Positions 48,388 through 61,721 of a stretch of 64,000 bases of DNA are shown here, piece after piece (positions within the stretch are counted from its first letter, which is position 1; each line of letters starts with the position of its first letter). Where the stretch lies: the NCBI GenBank assembly GCA_029953675.1, contig JAMWBK010000009.1, forward strand, positions 558,001-622,000, read 5' to 3'. Below the pieces are notes generated by a model. The model worked only from the letters and a program-made list of their open reading frames with translations. It did no database searches and had not been told where the DNA came from. This DNA comes from Rhodosorus marinus CCMP1338 (Eukaryota; Plantae; Rhodophyta). The position numbers and the translations under genes were made by a program.

Positions 48388-48793
48388 ATGTGTATTGACT
48401 ATTTGCAAGCACAAGGGGGAAGATCATCGTATTATATGTGTATGGTATTCTAAATTATTATGTTTAGGTGGTACGACTGTATTAAAGGATTGATTCATCG
48501 TCATTTTGATAGTGTTCGTGGTGTGAAGCTTGAGTCTCGATGGCCAGGTCACGGTGGGCGCGAAGGTGATGAATGTGATGGGTGTGAGGATTGGGGACTT
48601 CATGCTTCGTGGAGTTGATGAAAAGGGGTACGTATTTGCTTATGCGTGTTCCACAGTACTATGTGCACAGCTGATTCCAATGGAGATTGGCTTGGGTATC
48701 AGTATGGTTTTGACATTGGAGTGATCAGTCTTCGAGGCGGAGGGCTGTTTCAGATACCCTGTGCTGGAGTCGCCCTTGTGTGGTAGCACAGAG

Positions 48794-48853
48794 CAAATAC
48801 TACGATGAAGTCATAGTCAGAGACAAATACTGAGATGAAGCTATAGTCAGAGA
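48794..48853. repeat. 30-bp tandem duplication
   Basis: CAAATACT(AC/GA)GATGAAG(TC/CT)ATAGTCAGAGA x2. Confidence 0.85.
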
Positions 48854-49073
48854 CTGAGATTTGTCCCGTACTCGTCTGAGCAGGCGGAACGGGCTGCAGA
48901 AGGAAATGTTGGTCACAAGACTTTCCTATGCTTGTGAAAGTGGTCTCATTCGCTCTGCCCAAGCTGAAGGTTTTCGGCGCGGAACACGCCCAAGGGGGCA
49001 CAGTGGTTAAGGGCTGGAAGACGCTACCAGCGAACTCAAGCCCAGTTTCTGTTGTCCTCGTCCTTCTAGATAC

Positions 49074-49189
49074 AGCTCCTTAGCTCCTAAGCTCTCCTAA
49101 GCTCCTAAGCTCCTAAGCTCCTAAGCTCCTAAGCTCCTAAGCTCCTAAGCTCATAAGCTCATAAGCTCATAAGCTCGAAAGCTCTTAAG
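49074..49189. repeat. 8-bp minisatellite (GCTCCTAA)n, ~14 units
   Basis: Core GCTCCTAA, variants GCTCATAA x3 and degenerate end units. Confidence 0.95.
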
Positions 49190-52100
49190 ATCGCGCTCCG
49201 TCGGAACCTATTCCACGATCTCGCGTCTATGGTAACCTGGCAAGGTGCAAACGAAGAAAGTGGACGTGTACTACTATCCTAACGGAAGGCCTACTGGAAA
49301 GAGCTGTTAATAGCCGACGGTGAAGCTCAAAATCTCTGCCGGTGCACGAGACCTAGAGAGCTCAGCAGTTCCTTCCTGATGCCGTCCCATCTTTCCTAAG
49401 AACAAAAAAACCTCCCCATTGCCAATGCCGTGTACAGAAGTGAACCCTCGCACCGCTACCTTCCCATACGCCGATGCAGCCGCGTTCAGCTGTGCCACAT
49501 AAATATACAAGAGCCCCACCTTCCAAAAGACAGACTCACCCAAGCGGATAAGATGAGGAAGGGGGCTCACCTTCCCTTCGTCCCCACTATCCGAACTCAA
49601 CGCATTCAATCCAATATTTGGAATGGATTCATATTCCTCCTCCCATTTCGCATCGAAAGCCCCAATCCATCCGAAGAATAGTTTTTCTTTATATTTCCAT
49701 TGCAGCTCATTTTTAAATTCATATTTAACAAAAGTAATACTCCTAAATGTTTTAGAAAAACAGATCTTTGCAGGGATCCAATCGATGGAACCTATATTTA
49801 CTATCCAATGAATACTCAACAGATACTAACTGACCCAAAAGTATGTTTGTTTTATTATTTCGCTGTTGGGGAGAGCAGCTCTGCAGGAATCCAATGCGGA
49901 ATTTTGCACGAGGAAGTGTGGGAGGGGTTTGGACGCGCACAGCAGAGACCTGGCCTAGTCGTTTGCAGAACGTGTACCATCATCATCATGATCATCATCG
50001 TGGTATCGGCGAACAGGAGGTAAACTTTATGGCTCGGACGGTGGGTCATCGGGACGATAGGCCCTTCCTCATCTTATCTATTTCGGTGAATAAGGCTGCT
50101 TGTAGGATGGAGCAGCTGAATGCGGCTTCTTCATGCAACTGAACGCCGCTTGCAAGAGAGAAGCTACAGAAAAGCTACAGCGACTGTTTGAAAAACAAGA
50201 ACCCTTCATCTCTGGCAGCGATGCTGCTCTTCTAGTCGCATGCTTCCCTCAACCCAACCAGCTCTTGGCTCGAGCGCGAAGAATCTACTGATATGCCTAC
50301 AGAACACTCTCGTCCTAAAAACAAAAAAAAAAGCTTCCTATAATCACGAATGTAGAATGGGGCCTCAGGTCTCTTCCTACATCTTCCGCAAACGACCCAC
50401 CCACGAACGTATTGGCTTTATGGGAGGGATGATGATGGAACTCAGCAGTCGCATCCAGCCAGCCAATAATACCAAAAAGGCAAAAAACCATCGATTTTAC
50501 GCAGTCAGCGAGACCCCAAGACCCCACCGCGAAGGGAAGATTTATCCCAACACCGTCACCATAGCATTCGATACGGACTAATGGCCCGGATTCGAAAGGT
50601 CATCGTCTTTTCTTGCTGCGTGAAGATCTTTTTGGAGGTCAATTTCCCTGAATAGCCCAATGTATTGTATTACCGATTAAAGTTTTTTCAACCTTCAATC
50701 CCCTCCGCTAAAAGCGAATGACAAACAAAAATCCAAGAAAGGCAGGAGGAGTCTAAAAAAAACAAAAAACGATACAGATTAGGTTCAAAAACATCGAGAA
50801 GCTAAGGAATGGTAACGAACCCTGTTTCGGAATCGACAAGCACTTTTTGTTGCAGAGAAACGACTGGCACATTATCTTATTAAAAAAACAACTCCTTCTA
50901 GGATCCAATTAGAAGAGCTCATCAAGATTGTCGACCAAACTTTATTATTATTCTAATGGTTAGATATGCCGAGCCACATCGACAGACGGGGGGGCCCAGC
51001 GTCTTTGAAAACTTCATTCGAGAGTGTGGGTACCTAGGGGCGGAAGATACAAGATTCCTTAAATAAGCTTTATGAAAAATGTTTTTAGAACTAGAAGGAT
51101 TTGGGTTTGGGCGGTAAGAGGCATTCTTTCGATGGAAGATAAAAAATAAAAATCTACGCGTTTCCCCCCCCCCGCTTCCCTTCAAGAAACAACTGACCGG
51201 TAGAACAATAATCGTGGTCGTGAGAACCATGAAGCAATAGTATACTTGCACGTGTCTTAACTATTCACACTTTCTGTATTTGTGATATTTTTGGAGCTTT
51301 CAAATATCATTCTACTCCAGGGTGTGTGTATCTTTGTAAATAGAAAATATATTGAATTCCGGATTCTTTTTGAGGAAATCTGTAAAAAAAAGAAGTGACG
51401 CTACAATGAAGCGGACTCCGCCAAACCTCCATACAAATGTTAGGAAAATTTTTGTCCTTAGTTTGATTCTTTTTTTAATGGGCGAAAAGCTTCGAATCCT
51501 TTATGTGTTACACAGTGACTAAGGAGGGACATTCCCAAAGAAAAAACAAGACTAAACTATTAAAAAACAAGCGTAACACCGACGGTTCCTATCGGTTTCT
51601 CCTTGTCCCCCCCCCTTCTAAAACAAATAGAGCAATAATATCGGACAAAATATTTAGAATGGGTATCGATGCGACAAAATTCTGGAATGGGAGTGGGAAC
51701 AAATACCCAAATTATAGTATGTGCTTTCACATATTGAGGCATCTCTAGGAAAGCAGAGAATCTCATACGGGGGGGATGGAGGTATGGAAAACATGGAAGT
51801 TCGCTCTGTGTGGTTGTGAGCCGTCAAGCAACCTTTTGAACACAGCACTAACCATTTACAAGAAAAAAGATAACCAAGCGGTGCGCCCCCCCAGGACACA
51901 CACACACAAAAAAGACAGTTTAGTACATAAAATTTAAAGCAAATAAAAGAATACCACAGTCAATGAATCCCTCCCTATTCTCCCCCCCCCCCGAACGGAG
52001 AATTTATCTATATCTTTCCAATTCATATTTTCATAGAGATTTTCTTAATAAATTCAACAGGAGAAGCTCGCCGCTGTTGATTTTTTTAAAAACTTTCTGA

Positions 52101-53589
52101 AATCTCTCGTTGCTGAAAGAATGCAATCAAGGTTTGCGGTGGTATGAAAACACTTAGAGGGGAGGGCGAGAGGGGGGTTTGAATAAAGAAACGTTCGGAA
52201 AGTTGATCGCACGAGATAATATGCTCTTAATTATTACTTGTTAAAAATTATTATTCGCTGGTAGAAGCAATTCAGTACCCCCCTCTATTATCTTTCGAAA
52301 TATTGTCTAGCTGATCAGAGAAGCTACGCAAAAGGGGGTGGAGGTGGAGTATCAGATTTTCGTCTCTTGCACTAAGGGAGCCCTGCCTTTCAAAACAAAA
52401 CACGGGAGAGAACGTTACACGGGTGTGACAGAAGATCCAAAAATTAGCCAGTCCTCGAAAATCGTACGAATAGAATTGAAAACCTTGACTTTCCAGATGA
52501 CAGGAGAAGAAACAAGAAAATACAATACCCGGGGGGCGGTGGGCGCTGAGTTTTTGGGGTTGTGCAGGTTCTGTCATTCTGGCGCGAGTTGTAATTTTTT
52601 CTCAAGACAACTCTGAGAAAGTAACAAGGAACCAGCCCCCCTCCTAAAGCAAAAAAAATAAAAATTTGCGGACATATGAGATTTTCTTCGCCCCCCTTCC
52701 GGAAGCTACTAGGAAAATTAAGAACTTAATGAACTCTGTGATCGGAAGAGCGGTCGGTAGTGGAAGGTGGTAAAGGAAAGGTGGGGGGGTGGTCGGCATG
52801 GGAAAAAGAAACCGCTTTAACTGTGGTCTTATTTCTCAGATATTTTTTTCCTTAGTAAACCCAGTCCTTCTCCCACAGAGACCAATGATTGGGTAATATC
52901 TGAGCTTGGCATATAATAATTGGACGAGCTAAAAGAGTCCTCGAGAACTTCATTGGTAGTTCCGGTTCGGGCCTGATGGTACTCAGTCCACCACCCCCCC
53001 GATTGGTTTTCAGCGACCTGCTCTTTATTTGGTTTTCGCAATCTTCCTACCCAGACACAACCGAGAAAGGGGGGGGGGGAGGATTTTTGAAATATGAAAA
53101 CTTTCATATCGCAAAATTATTTCGAGCAACTATTTTCTTTTCCCCGATTTTGGTTTTTTTTGGTCTCCTTTGGAGGAAGGATGACGCAAGGGGGGAAGGA
53201 CTAGGTAGGGGTGGGGGGAGATGGAGAAAGATAGGGCCATTATTACTTTTTTCTTTCTCGATTTTGGTGTTTTTTTTTGCTCTCCTAGGAAGAAGGATGT
53301 CGAAGGGGTGGGTCGAGGTACGGGGTAGGGCTGAGGGAGGGATAATAGAAAATCAATGATTCCGGGTTGTTGACGAGATGGAGGTTTTCGGGGGGCGTTT
53401 TGTTGAGGTGAAGATATTTAAGGTAGGAAGGATGGTGGGGGAGCGAGATGGGGCAAGAGGAGGGTGGAGGTGAAGCTGGAGACTTGAGGAGCAAGTTGAA
53501 AGTGGAGTGTGTAAACACTGAAGAGAGTGGTGGGAAGTACAGAGAATTCGGGAGGGGATCATATATATAGTAATATATAATTATTCAAC

Positions 53590-53802
53590 ATGGAAGGAAT
53601 GCAAAGAGTTATTTGCCCGGTGCCTAGACAGCACTTGAAGTATCAATTTTTTGAGGAGAAGGAGATTGTGGATACGTGTATTGCGGAAGACCTCTCGGAA
53701 ATCAACCGTTTGCGCAATACGACCTCTGTGGAAAGAATTTTGGCTTCGAGGAGCCCGCAATTGTCCGAGTCGGGAGAGGCCTCGACTGTGTTTAAAGCTT
53801 AA
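53590..53802 (+). CDS. Orphan 70-aa ORF behind a promoter-like G-rich tract
   Basis: ATG start directly after a G-rich tract and TATATATA, like the verified + strand genes; no known motif. Confidence 0.3.
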   Translation: MEGMQRVICPVPRQHLKYQFFEEKEIVDTCIAEDLSEINRLRNTTSVERILASRSPQLSESGEASTVFKA

Positions 53803-54130
53803 GTATATTGCCTAGGTATATTGTTCCTACGTTTGTAATTTGGTGAAGTTTTGGTATTCCGCGCAAGTGCGGAATGGACGATAATCCGTTCCAAATCAGT
53901 TCTACTTCGACTGTGAACATCACACTATGTTTTTCTAATGTCATAATGCAAAGACTTATTTGATAATTGTCAATAATAAATGTGTCATGGGACACTTAAC
54001 GTACTCGCTATAAAACGTGCCGCAAAGAATGGGGGAATGTAGGAAGTCTGGCGAAATTATTCGCTACTGCCAGCCGTTTGCGTTGCGAAGCGACACTAAT
54101 GTCTGTAGCCTTCAAGGTGCGTACAATGTA

Positions 54131-54680
54131 TTTACATTCTCCAATCAACTTCTTCGCGGGACACGCTTGCTGCATAGTAACCACTCGAGTCTAGTCGAGA
54201 ACAAAGCGAGGACAAATGAGGCTCTACTTCACCCTGTGCGAAAGCACCAAGCACTTCCAGCAACTGAGCAAGATGAGCGTCAAAGTTTTTCTTGAACTTC
54301 GCCACTGTCTCGTGAAATCTGTTGTCCCACGCGATGCCCTGTAAATCGGCTATCGGATCCATCGTCACCGTTTCTCTTGCATCAGGATCACCCTTCCAAG
54401 CGTAATTTACATTCTCCAATCAACTTCTTCGCGGGACACGCTTGCTGCATAGTAACCACTCGAGTCTAGTCGAGAACAAAGCGAGGACAAATGAGGCTCT
54501 ACTTCACCCTGTGCGAAAGCACCAAGCACTTCCAGCAACTGAGCAAGATGAGCGTCAAAGTTTTTCTTGAACTTCGCCACTGTCTCGTGAAATCTGTTGT
54601 CCCACGCGATGCCCTGTAAATCGGCTATCGGATCCATCGTCACCGTTTCTCTTGCATCAGGATCACCCTTCCAAGCGTAA
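54131..54680. repeat. Exact 275-bp tandem duplication of the GCP2 3' coding end
   Basis: 54131-54405 equals 54406-54680; no difference seen by eye. Confidence 0.95.
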
Positions 54681-57187
54681 GCTTCCTCCATAGCCGAGTT
54701 TGTGAATCGATCGGAGTAGTTTGCAAACAGCATACACACGCTCAACAGGTTTGTGATGATCTGTACGAGAATATTTGATGAAGCCATTAGCATGTGTGGG
54801 TCCTCCACACCTTCCCTCCGCCAAGCTTACCTGAAGAATTTTCGCGTTGGTTAGGATGCAGTCCTTGACGCAGGTGCCGAGGAAATCGTCGTGTAGAAAC
54901 ATCATGTTGTCAATGGACATATCCTCCCGAGACATTCTGCTCCTCAGGCTCTGACTCGCAGGTTCAATCACTTCAACTTGCATGTAGTAAAGGTAGCTCT
55001 GTACAAAGTTAAGCATCCTGCCGAAGAGAACGAAGCTGTTGGCAAAGATCGATTTTGAGTCGATACCTTTGAGCGTCTGAATTACACAAGTCCAGCAAGG
55101 GAACGGTGACGTGAGTCTATTGTTTCTTAGTTCGGCTCGTGTCTCCGAAGGCTAGCCCAGCGATTCCTCTTCCCTACCTGTTGCGTCGTCCAGCTCGAGC
55201 ACAGAGTGCTTTCCACATATTTGCAGTGGAACAGATGCCTGAAAAGCAGCTGATATTTGGTGATCGCTTTTCGCGAAATAATTAGGTTGAGAGGCCAAGA
55301 GACTTGGTAGTCAACTGAGAAAGCCTCAAAGGCGTAAAACTCCTTGTTTTTGTTCCTTCCCGTTTCATGGGGTTGTCCTGCGATCATTCAGGGTAGAGCA
55401 GGTTGCGCTAGTGAGCTGAGTGCGCACCGAGTAGGGCCTGAGACTGAGCATCAACTTACCGGTCATATTTACAATTCTAAGAAGTTGATCGACCACAGTG
55501 GTGCTGTGGAGCGAGCAAGTCAGATCATCCTTGTATGAGCTATCTTTCGATGAAGAAGTACGAATAGCCAGTTCAAGGAGCGAAGAGAGCTTCACAGTTA
55601 ACGTCTTGCTTGCTGGTTTGCTAAGCTCTTCACGTGAAATCTCAAGGAAATGCGAAAGAAAATCTCCTTGATCCAGCAGGAAGTATCTCTTAATAGATTG
55701 CAGCCTCCCAAACAGGTCGAGGTCCCGCACAATGTAGTTCACCAACGACGTCGACGCGAATTCGAAGGCGGACGTCACATACTTTGCTAGCTTGTATTCG
55801 CTCTCTGGCGATCCGAACTGGAAGCTCTCCGTGAAGACTTCAGCTTGCATGTTCTTTACCTCCAAATGGACTTTGCACTCACGCAGCACGTTGACGTACT
55901 TCCCAGCCAGTAAAATCTTCAGGGGGGCCAAAGCGGACAGCGAGAGGGAGACAATCGGTTCAGGGACCTTTCCAAATTCTTGGAGAGCAGGTCAGTCTCA
56001 AGGTTACTCACCTTATCCACGTGACCTTGCAGAAACGATGGTACAACTTCTGGCTTGATTCGATACCTCTGCTCCCAGTAAGAAGAGTTCAAATCCCGGT
56101 TGAGCGCTTCTTTCTTCAGGTCGCTTTTCTCGTCGAGGAAGAACTCATGCCCAGGATCATCAATTTGACCTTTCATCATCCACGTATTGATAAAGTCGAA
56201 GATGCAGATCGCAGATCTGTGCCACAGAGTATAACAAACAGTGGGGCGCAATGGTTGCTCTTTTTAGCAGTTTTTCTTGCTTTTGACTGAACAATGGGAG
56301 TCGTACCTTGATAGAAGGTAGCTAAGGATCTGCCGCCTCTCCTCTCCAGCTTTCCACTCTCTTTCCAGGACCAGGAAAGCTCGGAGGCCCTTCTTCCCTA
56401 CGAGAATTCTGGAGATCAACGCCAAGCTCTTCAGGGATTTCATCATCGGCCTGAGAACATAGAACATCCGCTGAAGCGAGAGCCTTCCCTCGTGCAAAGT
56501 CTCTTCCAGCTGCAGTATCAGGGTCTCGTACTCTCGAATGAGCTCCCTCACAGCCGAACTGAGAGATTGGAGGACGAAGCCAGCCTCCAAAGACTCACAG
56601 TCCTGTACGAAGGACAAAATCTCTACGTAATCGCTCGAAAAGGTGAGAATCTGGTTGGAAAGCTCACAGATTGGCTCTGCGGCCTCACATTTTCGAGCCA
56701 ACTCGAAGACAAACGACCCTTTGCTGCGATCCCTTTTCTCATCTTTTCCTCCATCACGTCGAACAGTAACAAAGTCACCAGGTGAGCCCAGCAATGCATC
56801 CAGCAGATCTTCAGCAACGACAACCTCCTGCGCTTCAAAGCTCATTCCCGCCAAGCTCTTCACCTTCCTCCCACCCTCCTCCCTCGCGCATTCTGACAAG
56901 TACTCCGAAATATTCACCCGGGAAGCTGTCTGGTCCAAATCTCCACCTCCATCCTCCCCAGCACCACCATCATCCCCAATCTCATCAAGATCAAACTTCC
57001 TCTCACCACGACCAGGTGTCAGAACGGCGTTTAACTTCCTCCTCAAGTCAGGATCAAGAGTATACCCATCACCACGAACCATCCTGTTCCCAACAAAAAC
57101 AAAACAAGCTATCCCCAGGTCTCTTGTTTTACCTACCTCCCTCCCAAACTCGTCTCTGCTCAAGATCCCTAGATCAGTTCCCTGCAA
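54407..57187 (-). CDS. TUBGCP2: Gamma-tubulin complex component 2 (Spc97/GCP2), multi-exon; 5' end uncertain (ATG 57082 or an upstream exon)
   Basis: LLDQGDFLSHF, DYQVSWPLNLIISRKAITKYQLLFRHLFHCKYVE, HDDFLGTCVKDCILTN and LCSRLDSSGYY. Confidence 0.9.
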
Positions 57188-57860
57188 ATATCACATTCCC
57201 CGTGAGGAAGAAGACAAAATGGTTTCCCTGACGAAGAAGAAGAAGAGGAACAAATCTTCTGTAAAAAAAAACACAGAATTTTGTCCCTTTTGAGGGGTTT
57301 CTGTGGAGGAAGAAGAAACCTTCCCGCCCAAAAACGGTGCCAAAACAAGATGATGAGATGATGGTCTCAACGAGGGTTTAGGGTGGTGGGGAAGGCCTGG
57401 AAGAGGACCTCCCACGACATTGGGGATGTCGTCGTGGTAGTGGCTATGAAAATTTCGTGTACTCCACTACCTCATCGTGCCAAGCGAGATTATTAAAACT
57501 TTAAAACGATGAGAACGTTTTAACCCAGTCCTATGTCGATTTTGGGTTTGTGCTTTGGAGGGTTGGAGTGGCTCCTTGTTGCTGTTTTGCATGGCTTTTA
57601 GAGTCTCGCTTTGGTTACTGAGGCGTCGTAGACTCTGCTGCCTTGACGAAAGCCGAATGGTACTCTGTGCCTCATCATGAAAACCTCAATCAGTCACTGT
57701 GAGGTGGGACTTGCAGAGGCCCCTGCGGCTGTCTTTGCAAGGCTTTTGGAGGTTCCTCTAGGTAACCAGAGAGGATTAAGGTTTGGTAAGCTCATTGAAT
57801 GTCAGCAAACCCAGATTGACTGCTGAATCATTGTGTAGATATCTGAACTTGGACAGAAGC

Positions 57861-58303
57861 TTATGCATCGGTTGAATAGATGGGAGCTGGGGTAGATAGG
57901 AGTTGGAGGGTGGGCTGATGGGCCTTTTTCGCTCGTGCAACAGGCTCTGCTACATGCCCAACCCCTGCACAGTCCAGTTCGTGGGGATTAGTGACTAAAC
58001 TGTTTGTAGAAGTTCGTTGCGTGAGCTGAACCACTAACCCACATTTCGTATCGAGGCGTCTATGTACCGAGTCAGTGGATAAGAACAAGCGGTAACGTAC
58101 GCTCACTCCAAAATTTCGTGGAAAAGCAGAGGACCGGACTTCCCAGTGGAAAACTGGGCCATAACAAGCTCTTCTTTTCGAAATCTTAAAACGCGCATGT
58201 CAAGTAGAGCAAGACCAGCTGATGTTGGGCGTGCTGTATGAGCAGTGATGGTGACAGACAAATCTAGGTGTCCAAGATCAACGTGAAAAAAGAACGTCCG
58301 CAT
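57861..58303 (-). CDS. Possible two-exon hypothetical protein
   Basis: A GTGAGC..CATAG intron would join ORF 58103-58303 to ORF 57861-58106 in frame; no motif. Confidence 0.2.
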
Positions 58304-58570
58304 TTTTCCGCTGAGCCCGGAGGAAACCTCAGCGTTCGCTCGCTATGCCCAGAAGAGGTAGCAAAGTCCTGGAAATACGTCTCGTATGCTCCTATCTAAA
58401 GGTCAAATTCCACGAGAACAATGACCACTAAACTGTTTATTCACTTCTGACAGGTTAGTATATGCAGACACTGGCACTGAATTGTCCTCCATGAGAGGAT
58501 CGCCGACCTCGAGCCCCCATCACTCCCCATCAGCTGAGCTCAATTGTCTCGAATGAAGTTTTGGGGGAGC

Positions 58571-59203
58571 TTACACGTTGCCAAGGTTCCTCTCGGGTGT
58601 TCCTGAGGCAAGCTCGACCTTGATGATCCTACAAGGATAAGAGAGTACGGCGTATCGAAATTATTGAGTAATCAAAAAGCTATTAACTCAACGCGAGAAT
58701 GCTGGTACACTAGATAGTCTTCACTTACGTGCCACCGCCCTTCTGGATACGTTGCTGCTCCGCATACCAGGAAGAGAACGGGATGAGCTTGGTCTGGTAG
58801 ATCATTTGGAGCTCACGGAAAGTCTCAGCTCGCGACTAACAGAAGCACATAAAAGGCAGAACGACAGAGACAAAACTTTCGTTCAGCAACAGTCCAACCT
58901 TTCCCAAGACAACCAAACCCTCCACAAACCGGACAGAATTGCCTGAACCAGTCCCACAAGCTCAAGTCCTTTCCCACGTGCGCTAATTAAGGCCAGCTTA
59001 TAACTCACCAAGCTAGGAAGGCAGTACGTGACTCTGAAGCTCCTGGTGTCGCCGGAGACCGCCGAGCTCTTAATTTTTCTATTTCCAAGAGATCCGGTGG
59101 TATTGTCACCGTTCATGTCATAGCTCATCTTCACTGCACACCTCGCCGCTGGTTTCACGGCTCCGGAAACTCCCGCGCCCATAAATCCACTCACAAACGC
59201 CAT
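58571..59203 (-). CDS. apcC: Phycobilisome small core linker LC (ApcC), nucleus-encoded, 119-aa precursor
   Basis: Exons 59009-59203, 58729-58835 and 58571-58628 give MAF..transit + FRVTYCLPSLSRAETFRELQMIYQTKLIPFSSWYAEQQRIQKGGGTIIKVELASG, matching cyanobacterial ApcC (RELQNTYFTKLVPY..W..EQQRIQKMGGKIVKVEL). Confidence 0.95.
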
Positions 59204-61721
59204 CCTTTCTTAATTTCAAAAAAAACTATAAAAACAAAACCAAACTACCACACCACCAGCCCTTTTCCCCCGCCCCCGCCGCCCCCCCGCCCTAAAAAAA
59301 ATGTAATTTCCGTCTCCTTAAAGCCTAACAACCTGCTCCTCCCTAACACTCCCTAGAGCAGCCAGTAGTCACCTCCTCCAGACCTGCCCAACCCAACCGC
59401 ATCAACTAACCCCTTTCTCACCAGTCACACTCTTAATCGTCCGCCTTTGCTCCCAATCCCTGAGCCCAGCCAACCAAGACAAATCCAAACTAACCCCCTC
59501 CGCGACCCCTCCCTCTTCAACGACCTCCAACATATCGAAAATCAAATATATTAAATAAAAAACAATCCAATCCAGGAAACTACTGATCGATTATTTACCT
59601 CCCCTATGGTATATTTTTAATTTGGTTACTGGCTAGAATCTCGTTTTTTGGAAACAAAAAATTTCTACCCCCCACCACTTTTGGAGATCTCTGAGGAACG
59701 CAACAAGAGGATTGAAAAAAACAACAACGGAGCCTCACAAGAACCGTCACCGATGTGAGGGGGGGAGAGAGGGGGGTTGGGGTGGTTTGGGAGGCCACCG
59801 TTCGTGAGGACCAGCTCAGGAAAAATGGAAGAAAAAAAGGGGTGGTTTTTTTTTTGGTTTGATCGAACTGCTAGAGCATCGAGGTTTCTCGGGTTTCTCG
59901 CAGTGTTTTTACGATTAAGAACTGATCCGTATAGGCCCTGACGTATTGGTCTAGAGTGCGGTACGTACGAAGTAATTTATTTATCAATTTGATAATTCGA
60001 GAAATTGAAGTTTTTTGAAGGTGGGCAAACTAGGACCCAATTTTCGTTTGATATCGACGTATCTTATCGTTTATGTTGTAGAGGTCCTGGAGATACTTTT
60101 CAAGCATAGTTTTGGAACAATAATATGTATATTTCTACCCTTAATAAATTATTCTTCGATTTATCAGTGTTTTAGAATATTCTCTGGACGAAAAAATGCT
60201 AGTTTGGACTAGAATATATTGCTTTTAGTTAATCTCTCGATATATTGCTATAATTTTTGATTTATTTCTACCTAAAATATTTATATATCGTAATCTTTAG
60301 ATAGTAATTAAAGGGTTCGAATAAGAGTGATAGAAATACACTATTAAAAAAAGAACTATTGAGGATGTTCATGGATTACCCCTGAACTCAAAATTAGTAC
60401 TTAGTTTAATATTGTGTATTTATTAGATTTGTTATTCCGAACGAACAATGCAGCAGTTGAATTGTGGATTAAAACAATTCCGATTGGAAGGGGAGCGGGC
60501 GGGGGGTATGGTGACGCAGATGATCTTTCGGGTCAGGCTCTTACTGAAAATTAATCAATGAAAACAGGAAGCAAATTTTTGAAACAGAGTATTTTAATCC
60601 ACTACCGGGGGGTTAACGGGAAAATGGGGAGGGCTAGGCTTGGAAATGGAACAGATCCTATTCTCGCAGATCACGGAAGGAAAATATTTCAGGTCATCAA
60701 TCACTTTTAACCAATCACCATCTCCAGATGTCCACCGCGGATTTCACATAATATCGAAAAACCTGGAGGGTATACTTGCACGGGCTCCGATGGGATTTGA
60801 AAAAGCGCGTGTTTTTGGTTTCTGGATCAAAACCATCAATATATACCCCCCCTCAGAAGATTGCAGAACAGTAGCTGGCATTGAAATGCCGTCAATTTAA
60901 TCCTTTTTGATTGATCTGAGCCCTAGAACAGAAGGTAATGATCCCCCCTAAGAAATCGAAGAAATGAGAATTTGATTTTGCAATGTTCTCATCAGATCAG
61001 CTGGGGCTAGTATCATGTACTAAAGTGTACTAATATGTCAGTAAGCCGGACCTCGCGGATGTGCGGCTCCGTTGGCTTTGTGCGCTCTTTCGGAACAATC
61101 CAGGTCCTCTTGTATGCCCTCCTCAGGGGCTGTCCTTGACCCTCTGGCGTTGTAAATCTTAATCTCTTCAGAAACCCCCTGAAGACGGTATTCGACCTAG
61201 AGCGGGATACAACAACTCTAAAAGGTCTCCAATGACACAGATCGCGGGGATGAAACCCACTGACTCTATCTCAAAGGTAGTCCAAATCAGACGCAGGGAT
61301 GAAACCCTCCATCTCAACCCAAACCCAAAGAAACTCTGTTCTTTTATTCTATTCCCTGTTTTTCTTCTCTCCCTTTTCTACCGCTTCCCAGTAAGAACTC
61401 TAAGCTCTTCAGTTCACCAATATGCCTGGTACTGCTCTGCGTGGGGAAGATCTGCTGGGCTAGCGTCGGCAGATCTAGTGATTCGTACTATAGTGATTGA
61501 TTCCATCTGGATTGATACTATCGATTTACTATCGGTACTATTGTCGTAGCATGTTCTCGTGATCTTCGCAGGCGTTCCAACGCTGTTTTATTGTTGGACG
61601 CGCGTCATCAGCGTCTTATTTCTCGCTTCTCAGGGTAAGGGGCTCTGAATTTGTGTCCCATAGGCACATTCGCTTACGCTCTTTTCGCATATGTCCAATT
61701 TCCTAGACAAGTTTTCGCCTG

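Noticed and set aside
49307-49819. 170-codon minus-strand ORF
   Set aside because: No recognisable family and the 5' part is AT-rich and spacer-like; may be an exon but unsupported
56643-57293. 216-aa + strand ORF
   Set aside because: Antisense shadow of GCP2 exon
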